Under the pieces are notes generated by a model, which did not search any database, had not been told where the DNA came from, and saw only the letters and a list, made by a program, of their open reading frames with translations. The translations under genes and the position numbers were made by a program. A stretch of DNA of 64,000 bases from Candidatus Anderseniibacteriota bacterium (lineage in GTDB: Bacteria > Patescibacteriota > Andersenbacteria > UBA10190). Positions within the stretch are counted from its first letter, which is position 1; every line of letters begins with the position of its first letter. Below, piece after piece: positions 55,663-64,000 of the stretch. Location of the stretch: positions 82,396 through 146,395 of the forward strand of contig JBBDOX010000018.1 of assembly GCA_040876835.1 (NCBI GenBank). The letters run 5' to 3'.

Positions 55663-56559
55663 ATGGGTAGTATATCAGGCATGAAACCAGAAGTAACAGT
55701 GATACTTGGACCAACAGCTGCCGGCAAGACTGATTACGCGATCAAGCTCGCAAAGCAGCGTGATGGAATGATCATCTCGGCTGACTCCCGTCAGGTCTAC
55801 GCTGGAATGAATATTGGTACGGCAAAACCCTCCAAGGCATGGGCTGAAACCCCCCATGATGTCCTGACTCCAGATAGTGTTCAAGGCGTTGACCACTTTC
55901 TCTTCAATATTCAGACGCCTGATCATCCTGTAACCCTAGCTGATTGGCAGACGGCTGCAAGACAGGTAATTGATCATATCCTGTCTCAGCATAAACACCC
56001 TATATTGGTGGGAGGCACTATGTTATATATCGACAGTATTGTATATAACTACTCCCTACCACGGGTAGCTCCTAATACAGAACTACGAGCAAAGTTAGAA
56101 CAAGAAGAAGCGGGTCAACTCTATCAGCAGCTCTTAGCACAAGATCCTGAGGCATCTTCGTATATTGAGCCTAGCAATAAACGGCGCATTATCCGAGCCT
56201 TGGAAGTAATGCAGGCAACAGAGACATCTTTTTCTTCTTTGCGTCAACAGCAACCATCCCCCTATCAGTTTTCTCTTATTGGTCTATTTCCGGGGTGGGA
56301 AATACTGACACAGCGAATCCAACAACGGCAAAAAACCATGTTTACTGAGGGACTTTTAACAGAAACTCAGAAGTTACTAGATGCTTATGGTATTTCTCTA
56401 CCGCTGCTTCAAACAATAAATTATACTCAAGCCGTTAAGGTGCTCAATGAGGAATATACATTCGAGGAGGCTCTCCAGGAAAGCCTCCGGGTTAATCTGC
56501 GGTACGCGCGCCGACAAATGTCCTGGTGGCGCAGGCATAACACCATTCACTGGATATAA
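55663..56559 (+). CDS. miaA: tRNA dimethylallyltransferase.
   Basis: P-loop ...VILGPTAAGKTDYAIKLA... and ...ISADSRQVYAGMNIGTAKP. Confidence 0.85.
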   Translation: MGSISGMKPEVTVILGPTAAGKTDYAIKLAKQRDGMIISADSRQVYAGMNIGTAKPSKAWAETPHDVLTPDSVQGVDHFLFNIQTPDHPVTLADWQTAARQVIDHILSQHKHPILVGGTMLYIDSIVYNYSLPRVAPNTELRAKLEQEEAGQLYQQLLAQDPEASSYIEPSNKRRIIRALEVMQATETSFSSLRQQQPSPYQFSLIGLFPGWEILTQRIQQRQKTMFTEGLLTETQKLLDAYGISLPLLQTINYTQAVKVLNEEYTFEEALQESLRVNLRYARRQMSWWRRHNTIHWI

Positions 56560-56565
56560 GACGTA

Positions 56566-58047
56566 CTACCCTAAAATCTTTTTCCGGAGCAAGGCAATTA
56601 CCTGAGTAGGATTTGCTTTCCCCTGAGATCTAGCCATAACCTGGCCCATAAGAAATTGAATAGCCCCTTCTTTACCACTGGCGATTTTCTCTACAACCTC
56701 GGGATTTTCAGCAATGACCTGTTCAACAAATTTCTCTAGTTCCCCTGTCTCGCTTACCTGCTCTAATCCTAATTTCAGAATGATAGGATCAGGATCTCCA
56801 GCAGTTTTTTGCATCTCATCTAATACTTTACGCACTGCAATTCGATTAATTTTCCCTTGTAACACATACACTACAAGCTCAGCGAAGTTAGCGGTTGTAA
56901 TCTTCAAATCACTATATCGGAGGCCTTCGTCCGTCATTATATCCCGTACTTCCCGCAGAATGATTTTAATGGCGATAGAGACCAGCTCTGGCACTTGAGC
57001 AGGAGAAATATCAACTTGCTCCTTATCGAGCTGTCTCAACTCACTTACTGCATCCTCAAACATGTATGCCAACTCTTTGTTAGCTATAAGCAGATCAGCT
57101 TGCTGTGACGACAAGCCATATTCATCCATAAATCGATTGCGCTTGGCACTAGGCAGCTCAATAAGCTGTTTACGAATAGTGTTCATGTATTTGGTATCGA
57201 AGATAAATGGCGGAATATCTGGCTCAGGGAAATACCGATAATCGGCGGCTTCTTCTTTGGTGCGCTGTTCCACTGTTACTCCTTCCTCACTATCGTAGCC
57301 ACGCGTAGCGTGAGAAGGGATTTCTCCTTCCTCCCACATCTTTGATTGTCTGGTTATTTCATAATCAAGCGCCCGTTCTACAAATCGAAACGAATTTACA
57401 TTCTTGATTTCAGTTTTTGGATTTAAAGTAGTACTACCCTTTTCGCGAAGAGAGATATTAGCATCACAGCGCATCTGCCCTTTTTCCATATCAGCATCCG
57501 AAACCCCTAGCGCCCTTACAATACGCTGTAACTCCTGAAGAAATATTTTAGCCTCACGGGGACTGCGAATATCTGGTTCAGTTACGATTTCAATAAGTGG
57601 GGTGCCGGCTCGGTTGTAATCTACTAATGTATAGTCTGCTCCTCGCGGATGAGTATTTTTTGCAGCATCTTCCTCTAGGTGAATCCGGGTGATACCAATA
57701 GTTCGCTCTTCTCCGTCGACAACAATTGTGAGCTCCCCTTTCCCACAAAATGGTTTATCGTACTGACTAATTTGATACCCCTTGGGCAGGTCGGGATAAA
57801 AGTAACTTTTACGGTCAAATTTACTTTCTAAGGCAAGCTCACAGTTTAGAGCTAAGCCTGTAAGTTGTGTCCATTCAATAGCTTTTTTGTTAGGCACTGG
57901 CAACGTTCCGGGATGCCCCATGCATATCGGGCAGATGGCTGTATTGGGCTCTACTTCGCCAAATATATTTGCACACGCACAGAACATTTTACTCTCCGTT
58001 TTCAGCTGAACGTGGATTTCAAGACCAATAACAGGTTCACTCTTCAT
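56566..58047 (-). CDS. gatB: Asp/Glu-tRNA amidotransferase subunit B.
   Basis: N-terminus ...GLEIHVQLKTESKMFCACANIFG... The start at 58047 is preferred. Confidence 0.9.
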   Translation of the reverse strand: MKSEPVIGLEIHVQLKTESKMFCACANIFGEVEPNTAICPICMGHPGTLPVPNKKAIEWTQLTGLALNCELALESKFDRKSYFYPDLPKGYQISQYDKPFCGKGELTIVVDGEERTIGITRIHLEEDAAKNTHPRGADYTLVDYNRAGTPLIEIVTEPDIRSPREAKIFLQELQRIVRALGVSDADMEKGQMRCDANISLREKGSTTLNPKTEIKNVNSFRFVERALDYEITRQSKMWEEGEIPSHATRGYDSEEGVTVEQRTKEEAADYRYFPEPDIPPFIFDTKYMNTIRKQLIELPSAKRNRFMDEYGLSSQQADLLIANKELAYMFEDAVSELRQLDKEQVDISPAQVPELVSIAIKIILREVRDIMTDEGLRYSDLKITTANFAELVVYVLQGKINRIAVRKVLDEMQKTAGDPDPIILKLGLEQVSETGELEKFVEQVIAENPEVVEKIASGKEGAIQFLMGQVMARSQGKANPTQVIALLRKKILG

Positions 58048-58188
58048 ACGGAGCAAGAGTAGCGCAATTATTCCCGGCCGGCAATTGGCTTATCGTGGAA
58101 ATATCGGCTTGTAGGCACTCCCCTGCTCACGTAGCATATACAGATGCCTACTGTGCATTTTCTTATTTCTTTACTCTATTAAGAGGCT

Positions 58189-58761
58189 ATGATTTTATCC
58201 GATCGGGACATAAAGCAAGCTATAAAGGAAAAACGTATTATCGTAAAACCAAAGCCGGATTATGAATCCCAGCTCGGCAGCTCAAGCCTGGATTTGCGAC
58301 TGGGTTACTATTTCCGTATCTTTAAACACCGCCGCACGCCTTTTGTTGATCCCTTTGACGCCAAAACAACTGAAGGGATGACTGAGGAAATTAAAATTAC
58401 CCAGAAGGAGCCCTACGTAATCCAGCCGGGGGAGTTTGTCTTGGCCTCTATACTAGAATGGGTAGAGCTAGCTGATGACCTTTCGGCTCGAATTGATGGT
58501 CGCAGTAGCCTGGGTCGCCTAGGCCTAGTCATCCACTCCACGGCAGGACATATTGATGCAGGCTTTAAAGGCTCTATCACTATGGAGCTATCGAATATCG
58601 GCATGATGCCAATTGTGCTGTATCCAAAAATGCGTATCTGCCAACTAGTCTTTGAACCGCTTTCTTCGCCCGCCGAGCGCCCATATACCCTGAAACCTGG
58701 TGCTAAGTACCACAACAAAACAACCCCCGCCGAGACAGCAATTGGACAAGAGAAACTGTAA
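58189..58761 (+). CDS. dcd: dCTP deaminase.
   Basis: MILSDRDIKQAI... N-terminus and the dUTPase-like fold, with ...GRSSLGRLG... 190 aa. Confidence 0.85.
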   Translation: MILSDRDIKQAIKEKRIIVKPKPDYESQLGSSSLDLRLGYYFRIFKHRRTPFVDPFDAKTTEGMTEEIKITQKEPYVIQPGEFVLASILEWVELADDLSARIDGRSSLGRLGLVIHSTAGHIDAGFKGSITMELSNIGMMPIVLYPKMRICQLVFEPLSSPAERPYTLKPGAKYHNKTTPAETAIGQEKL

Positions 58762-58770
58762 ACTTCATAT

Positions 58771-59193
58771 ATGATTTCCTTTGAAGTAAAGCGCCTAAGC
58801 GATAACGCCACTCTGCCCCAGAAGAATAACCCTTTGGACGCTGGTATCGATATCTTTACAAATGAGTCATATACTCTCTCCCCTGGCGAAACTCACATGT
58901 TCTCAACCGGCATTTCTGCAGCCTTACCGGACGGTTATGTGGCCTTGATCTGGGACCGATCGGGCCTCGGCAGCAAAGGTATCCACCGTTTAGCTGGAGT
59001 GATTGATTCTATTTACCGCGGCGAATGGAAAATTATTCTTACCAACCTAACTGCCGACCCTTACGAAATACAGGCTGGAGACAAGATTGCTCAATGTATA
59101 GTACAAAAGTTTGAACCGGTCACAATTACTGAAGTGGAAGAACTCTCCAATACTGATCGTGGCAGTCAAGGTTTCGGCAGTTCAGGACGTTAG
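58771..59193 (+). CDS. dut: dUTP diphosphatase.
   Basis: Motifs ...AGIDIF..., ...RSGLGSKG..., ...IDSIYRGEW..., ...DRGSQGFGSSG. 140 aa. Confidence 0.85.
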   Translation: MISFEVKRLSDNATLPQKNNPLDAGIDIFTNESYTLSPGETHMFSTGISAALPDGYVALIWDRSGLGSKGIHRLAGVIDSIYRGEWKIILTNLTADPYEIQAGDKIAQCIVQKFEPVTITEVEELSNTDRGSQGFGSSGR

Positions 59194-59196
59194 CCT

Positions 59197-60762
59197 CTAC
59201 TCAACAATTTCTTCTTTTCGCTCTCGAATAAACACAAACCACTCTTCGGCTACATCGATCAGGAGCTTAAAAGGAGCTTCGATAATAAGGTCCATTACGA
59301 ATACGACAATATTAAGCTGAGTTATACCAGTTGCCAGCCAACGTCCAAATTCCAGCATCGGAAGGGTTAGAAAGCTGAATATAGCGCTAAAAGCGCCTTC
59401 TTTCTTACGCACCAACTGGACTTCCCTAATTGATCGGCGAATTCTGAAGGCTAAAAAGCTTGTTAGGCCTAAAAATACTACAAAGAAAAACGTCGCTACC
59501 ACAGAGAATTCTAACCGATGAAGTACGAAGAAAAGTACGTAGAAAAATCCAATTAATAGACTAGCGTAAATAGTAGCAAAGACCCAACGGGTAATGAGCC
59601 CATACCCCCGCGGAGGACTGATAATGATATTGGGCAACACTCCCTGCCCAGTAACGATTGTTCGTACCTGCTCGACAATACGAACGGTATTTTCATTTCC
59701 AGGCAGACGTACTGTCACGCTTAATAGGAACAGAAGAAACGGATGAAAGAGAACGTTAATCAGTAGAGCCAGCAAGTGAATGGTGCGAGCCGTAATAAGC
59801 TCAAATAACAGTTCAAATGGCAAAGTTAGCGCCGTTTTGGTAATAAGCAGAAACACCACACTGTGATAGGCACGCTGTTGAATTTTTTGCTGGATGTATT
59901 GCGTGCGAGCGGTTATTGCTTGCTTAGTACCCTCTTCAAGAGACTCCCGAGAATCCCATGTACCAGGCGAAAAACGTAGCAGATGCCAGATCATACGGTA
60001 TGGGACGCTGACTGGCATAAGAAGCCGCTGTAAGCGTGGCTGAATGGGGTGAGATATAATCCGATCCATTTCTGCCCGAAAAGCAGGAAACTGCTGAGCG
60101 AGCTCCTGGGTATGCTCGACGGTAAACTCTGACCGCTGCCAAAAAGGAAAACGGCGAACGAAGTAGTGATACAACACTAGCGACTCACTGGAGGCAAACA
60201 GTGCCTTATGACATGCAAAATATAGCTGAACTGGCTGTTGAGCAGGGGTAACCAACTCATCAGCCCAGATCACTCGGTGATAGGTGTCCTGATACATGAC
60301 ATGTACCAATGAGTCTTCAAGCTGCTCTGGAAAAAACAGTCGATCAATAGTTATTGCCACGAATTTTAAAAAGTACGCCTTATCGGCTTCGGATAATCCG
60401 TCAATAACCGACCGAGCCTTATCAATAACAGAAGCCACCGCTGGAATAATTGCTTTAGATACAGGACGTATATAATGAGCGCGAATCAGCTCTTGCAACA
60501 CCAAGTTTGCCAATAGTTCGTTAGAGCGATCTTCTGCGATGCGACGCTCAACTATACGAGCTATAGCGTTCTGACGAAGAATATGTTCTTCATCAGGCTC
60601 AAGAGTATTACGCAGTCGCTCATACGCGAATGCGATTCTACGCGTAGCAGAAGAGACTGGAATTACTTCATCTTCCGTCAATATTCTTTCTTCGGCAGGA
60701 TCACGTACCAGTGACCGTAACGCCACAATCTGTTCTCGTAAAAGCACTTCCATAAGTAACAC
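59197..60762 (-). CDS. Hypothetical protein with an N-terminal soluble domain and a C-terminal multi-pass membrane domain.
   Basis: 521 aa with hydrophobic helices in the last roughly 200 aa. No family recognised. Confidence 0.45.
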   Translation of the reverse strand: MLLMEVLLREQIVALRSLVRDPAEERILTEDEVIPVSSATRRIAFAYERLRNTLEPDEEHILRQNAIARIVERRIAEDRSNELLANLVLQELIRAHYIRPVSKAIIPAVASVIDKARSVIDGLSEADKAYFLKFVAITIDRLFFPEQLEDSLVHVMYQDTYHRVIWADELVTPAQQPVQLYFACHKALFASSESLVLYHYFVRRFPFWQRSEFTVEHTQELAQQFPAFRAEMDRIISHPIQPRLQRLLMPVSVPYRMIWHLLRFSPGTWDSRESLEEGTKQAITARTQYIQQKIQQRAYHSVVFLLITKTALTLPFELLFELITARTIHLLALLINVLFHPFLLFLLSVTVRLPGNENTVRIVEQVRTIVTGQGVLPNIIISPPRGYGLITRWVFATIYASLLIGFFYVLFFVLHRLEFSVVATFFFVVFLGLTSFLAFRIRRSIREVQLVRKKEGAFSAIFSFLTLPMLEFGRWLATGITQLNIVVFVMDLIIEAPFKLLIDVAEEWFVFIRERKEEIVE

Positions 60763-60840
60763 CCTATACTACTCTGCTTGGCAATCTAAACACAAGTATG
60801 TCAGTAATTGCATACCGTGATAAAAAGCCTCTGTTTAGCT

Positions 60841-61218
60841 TCAGGCAAGATCTTGCAGATTGCTGATAATGTCGTCTTCAGAGACGTAAATAATGATCTG
60901 GGAGGTCACGAACTTTAAGGCTGGAGATGGTTCTGAGCCGCCATGATGGAATGCGATGATTTCTTTCTTAGCTGCATTAGCCCAACCGAGCTCAATACCG
61001 CTTCCAGTCGAAGGAATAGATACTTCCACTAACACTAAATCCGCTTTCGCAATTTCGTCTTTGGTAAGCTGCACTTCATCCTCCTCTTTATGCGGAAGCA
61101 CTACCTTAATATCAGGGTGTTCCTCCGCAAAGCGGTTAATGGCATTAAAGAATGTAGGAGTATGTTGCGGACTGCCAGAAGGGTGAGAAACAAACCACAG
61201 CTGTTTTCTGCTTAACAT
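60841..61218 (-). CDS. NDT/DNPH1-like (nucleoside 2-deoxyribosyltransferase family) protein.
   Basis: ...VEVSIPSTGSGIELGWANAAKKEIIAF matches the NDT catalytic-Glu motif. The start at 61218 avoids overlap with the upstream gene. Confidence 0.55.
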   Translation of the reverse strand: MLSRKQLWFVSHPSGSPQHTPTFFNAINRFAEEHPDIKVVLPHKEEDEVQLTKDEIAKADLVLVEVSIPSTGSGIELGWANAAKKEIIAFHHGGSEPSPALKFVTSQIIIYVSEDDIISNLQDLA

Positions 61219-61235
61219 AGAAAAGGTATTTACAA

Positions 61236-61901
61236 CTAAACCCGACTCGATATGTGCCCCCACACTTCCTCATGAATATCCTGCCGCGTGCGTTCCCGCC
61301 CTTGTTGATCGACATTATTTACAATAAGCCAGTTCTCCTCCCGTGCAAACTTGGCATAACTGCGTCTCGTCATGGTCAGCTTATCGCGCTGTTCAAATAT
61401 ATCCTTTTTTCTACCCGCTTTCTCGAGACGGTGCATAGCCAAATCCACAGGAATATCAAGTAAGATCACGGCCGTAGGTACTAGAAGACTGGGGTGCCCC
61501 TCCCAACATAACCACTTGATCCATTTCAGCATTTCTTCCCGCTGCTTTCCATTCAACCCGATAGTCTGATATGCCATAGTACTCGTACAGTACCGATCAG
61601 AAATGATAACGTCGCGCTTTTTTCCTTTTTCTACAATAGCGCTCATCTCCTCCAGGCGAGAGTAAAAATCTTGAATGTATAGGAGGGCCTGCTCTCGTCG
61701 ACTTAACGGGTGTCGGTGTTTATCGTGTAAATACTTTTCATAAATGAGCTGGCCTGTTGGAGAGTCTTCCTGCGGGAAATGATACTCATGAGGGTTGTAA
61801 TGAGTCTTTTTAAGACGCTGGACGAGCAAATCTAGCTGGGTAGACCCTCCCCCAGCGTCAAGAGATTCTATAACAAAAAATGGACGGGATGAGGAAGCCA
61901 T
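61236..61901 (-). CDS. Thymidylate kinase-like paralog with a degenerate P-loop.
   Basis: DRY motif (IISDRY) and lid region present, but the P-loop reads FFVIESLDAGGGST. The Walker lysine is missing. Confidence 0.55.
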   Translation of the reverse strand: MASSSRPFFVIESLDAGGGSTQLDLLVQRLKKTHYNPHEYHFPQEDSPTGQLIYEKYLHDKHRHPLSRREQALLYIQDFYSRLEEMSAIVEKGKKRDVIISDRYCTSTMAYQTIGLNGKQREEMLKWIKWLCWEGHPSLLVPTAVILLDIPVDLAMHRLEKAGRKKDIFEQRDKLTMTRRSYAKFAREENWLIVNNVDQQGRERTRQDIHEEVWGHISSRV

Positions 61902-61934
61902 CTCGCTAGTGTAACGCGCCTGCCGCTTGAATGT

Positions 61935-62639
61935 CTACGCAAAGATACGAGGTAAGGTCTGCGTAATCCTCCCCCATATGAGTTGATGTATTTCTTCGAT
62001 TGGTAGAAGATTTTCTCCCTGCGTACAAGGGATACTGACATATTGCGGATTACTTTGAGCCAAATATTGATATTCTGCATATAATCGTTCCTGTACGTGA
62101 ATATGGTCGGTATATTCATCGTCATCCCGAAGCTTCTCTTTTCGTTTTTCAAGAAGTGCTGTTGTAATTGATGGAGGAACGTCAAGAAATATCGATATAT
62201 CCTCTCTTGGCATACCGTTTTTCTCGTACTCGACATTTCGTACCGCCTGGTGAACTTCCTCTCGTGATACCGAGCTGGCATCATGCATAGCCTCTACCGC
62301 GATAAAAGCCAGGCTGCTAGGAACATAACGGTCATACACAACAACCTCTCCTCGCTTCAACGCTTCAATCACTTCCTGACGATGTTCCGCCCTATTGCGA
62401 GCAAAGTACATTAACTTTTCCTCCCAAGAAGTTTCTTCCCAGTTGCCAAGCCTGCCTTGAAGACGCAACTTAAGCTCTTTTCCTGATTCTGTTTCATAAT
62501 CAGGAGTCTGAAACTGACGGACTGTTTTTCCTGCGCGTTCAAGCCGTTCTATGAAAAGACGAGCTTGCGTTTCCTTACCAGAAGAGTCGAGGCCATCAAA
62601 AGAAATAAGGAACCCCTTGCCTGCTTCTGTCTCCATCAT
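61935..62639 (-). CDS. tmk: Thymidylate kinase.
   Basis: P-loop FLISFDGLDSSGKET and DRY motif (VVYDRY). Confidence 0.75.
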   Translation of the reverse strand: MMETEAGKGFLISFDGLDSSGKETQARLFIERLERAGKTVRQFQTPDYETESGKELKLRLQGRLGNWEETSWEEKLMYFARNRAEHRQEVIEALKRGEVVVYDRYVPSSLAFIAVEAMHDASSVSREEVHQAVRNVEYEKNGMPREDISIFLDVPPSITTALLEKRKEKLRDDDEYTDHIHVQERLYAEYQYLAQSNPQYVSIPCTQGENLLPIEEIHQLIWGRITQTLPRIFA

Positions 62640-62644
62640 ATTTT

Positions 62645-63325
62645 CTATAACGAAAGCCGCACGGCCGGACCCATAGTGGTCGCAAGCACAGCGTGCGATA
62701 AGAACTCCCCTTTTTGACTGGCCGGACGAGCTGCACGAATAGCATCAACGAGAGCCTCAAGGTTTTCCTGGATTTTTTCTGCTTCCCAACTGAGTTTGGC
62801 CACACTTTCATGAATGTTTCCAAGTTGATCCATTTTGAAGGCAAGCTTACCTGCAACTAGTTCCTTAACAGCTTCCTCCACGTTAGGAGTAACCGTACCG
62901 GTTTTAGGATTTGGCATTAGGCCTTTAGGACCAAGAATTTTCGCAATCTTGGCAACTTTCGGCATCATATCAGGCGATGCAATGGTTACGTCAGCATCCA
63001 AACCACCTTCTGAAGCAATCTGATCAATTAGAGCTTGTCCCCCCACCTGGGCGGCACCAGCAGCCTCAGCTGCTTTCTGTTTGGCTGAATCTTCGGTAAA
63101 GACAACAATGGTTTTCTGTTTAGGCGTACCATGTGGCAAAACAACACTTCCACGCACCGCTTGGTCCGACTTACTAGGATCTACTCCCAAGCGAATATGA
63201 AGCTCTACAGTTTCATCAAATTTTGCGCGCGGATTTCCTTTAATAAAAGAGATTGCTTCCGATGCTGAAACTACACTGGTCGGAGCTTTTTCCTTAACTG
63301 TTTTGTATCCCTTACTTCGTGCCAT
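62645..63325 (-). CDS. rplA: 50S ribosomal protein L1.
   Basis: 226 aa, ...KFDETVELHIRLGVDP..., directly downstream of rplK. Confidence 0.95.
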   Translation of the reverse strand: MARSKGYKTVKEKAPTSVVSASEAISFIKGNPRAKFDETVELHIRLGVDPSKSDQAVRGSVVLPHGTPKQKTIVVFTEDSAKQKAAEAAGAAQVGGQALIDQIASEGGLDADVTIASPDMMPKVAKIAKILGPKGLMPNPKTGTVTPNVEEAVKELVAGKLAFKMDQLGNIHESVAKLSWEAEKIQENLEALVDAIRAARPASQKGEFLSHAVLATTMGPAVRLSL

Positions 63326-63330
63326 AGAAA

Positions 63331-63750
63331 TTATTCAACTGTTATACCCATTGATCGAGCAGTGCCTTCAACAATCTTTATTGCTGCTTCAACGTCGCGG
63401 GCTGATAAATCTTCAAGCTTACGTTCAGCAATTTCCCGTACCTGTTGTTTGGTTACCTTGCCGACTTTGGCAGTGTTGGGAGTAGGAGATCCTCCTTTTA
63501 CCCCAGCCGCCTTCTTAAGTAACTCAGCAGCTGGCGGAGTTTTGAGCTTAAGTTCCATTGTGCGGTCAGCATAAATGGTTACTTCGACAGGAATAATGTC
63601 GCCGCGCATTTCTTTCGTCATGTCGTTAAATCGAGTGACAAAATCACTGATGTTTACGCCATGTTGACCCAAAGCTGGACCAATAGGTGGAGCCGGGGTT
63701 GCTTGTCCACCCGGGGCCTGGATCTTTACTACTGTAAGTACTTCTGCCAT
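63331..63750 (-). CDS. rplK: 50S ribosomal protein L11.
   Basis: ...[16 protein letters not shown]... L11 signature. 139 aa. Confidence 0.95.
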   Translation of the reverse strand: MAEVLTVVKIQAPGGQATPAPPIGPALGQHGVNISDFVTRFNDMTKEMRGDIIPVEVTIYADRTMELKLKTPPAAELLKKAAGVKGGSPTPNTAKVGKVTKQQVREIAERKLEDLSARDVEAAIKIVEGTARSMGITVE

Positions 63751-63791
63751 ATAACTAGCGTATAGTGAGTTATTCTAAGGAGAGAGTCAAG

Positions 63792-64000
63792 TTAGCTGTC
63801 TTTTTTGACCTGCAAGAAGTCGAGTTCAACTGGTGTTTCTCGGCCAAAGACGTTGACCAGCACCTTTACCGTACCCTTGGCTTCACTGACCTCAGAAATC
63901 TTTCCTTCAAAGTCTTTAAATGGTCCATCCATAATTTTAACTGAGTCGCCTTCTTCCACGTCCATTTTGTATTTAGGCTCATCTTCGCCCATACGAGATA
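63792..64000 (-). CDS. nusG: Transcription termination/antitermination factor NusG, C-terminal KOW part. The gene continues beyond the window end.
   Basis: KOW motif ...GDSVKIMDGPFKDFEGKISEV. Confidence 0.85.
   Translation of the reverse strand, partial: SRMGEDEPKYKMDVEEGDSVKIMDGPFKDFEGKISEVSEAKGTVKVLVNVFGRETPVELDFLQVKKDS

Noticed and set aside
62596-62856. 86-aa minus-strand ORF overlapping the end of rplA and the start of tmk.
   Set aside because: Alternate frame across two well-supported genes.
1-64000. CRISPR arrays, IS elements, integrases, recombinases, reverse transcriptases and prophage structural genes.
   Set aside because: Looked for short regularly spaced direct repeats, DDE/tyrosine-recombinase motifs and RT motifs and found none. 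The only repeats seen are the gene-start remnants and the diverged Nudix-NDT duplication.

Overview
The window reads as a small, gene-dense bacterial genome segment with mid-40s % GC by eye and no IS elements, integrases, CRISPR arrays or reverse transcriptases. It carries a fragmented version of the canonical nusG-rplKAJL neighbourhood. nusG (partial), rplK and rplA lie at 62.6-64 kb; rpmG and tRNA-Trp at 31.3-31.6 kb; rplJ and rplL at 1-1.9 kb. All are on the minus strand, and rplL is not followed by rpoB. Housekeeping genes cover most of the rest: rpsB, tsf, rpmE, prfA, prmC, rplY, rodA/ftsW, dnaE, thrS, miaA, gatB, dcd, dut, two tandem tmk paralogs, murJ, mltG, a manC-like gene and a sortase. 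Three things stand out. (1) A 58-aa Bd0055-like bacterial histone-fold protein sits at 6507-6683. (2) An archaeal/eukaryotic-type TyrRS lies next to a class-I-like (short variable arm, C1:G72) tRNA-Tyr. (3) Two long co-directional minus-strand arrays (10.8-15.8 kb and 22.0-26.3 kb) are packed with nucleotide house-cleaning and salvage enzymes: RdgB, IMPase/CysQ-like, MazG, Maf, HIT, two HAD phosphatases, a PGAM-like phosphatase and a P-loop kinase (a second P-loop kinase lies divergently just downstream at 26.5-27.1 kb), together with a duplicated Nudix plus NDT/DNPH1-like two-gene cassette. A further NDT/DNPH1-like gene lies within the first array at 12.9 kb. A fourth NDT-like gene lies with dcd, dut and tmk at 58-62.6 kb. 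The block from about 26 to 31.3 kb, abutting the 3' end of tRNA-Trp, looks accessory. It holds hypotheticals, P-loop kinases, a GNAT, an ASCH/DUF3850 gene, a SAM methyltransferase, and three copies of a roughly 65-nt segment that encodes the N-terminus of one gene. One copy is intact; two are decayed remnants fused upstream of unrelated genes. Five short single-gene segments are visibly GC-richer than their surroundings and look horizontally acquired; one of them appears to have truncated pnuC. An SMR-family gene carries a frameshift. Function calls rest on recognisable motifs only; no database searches were possible.
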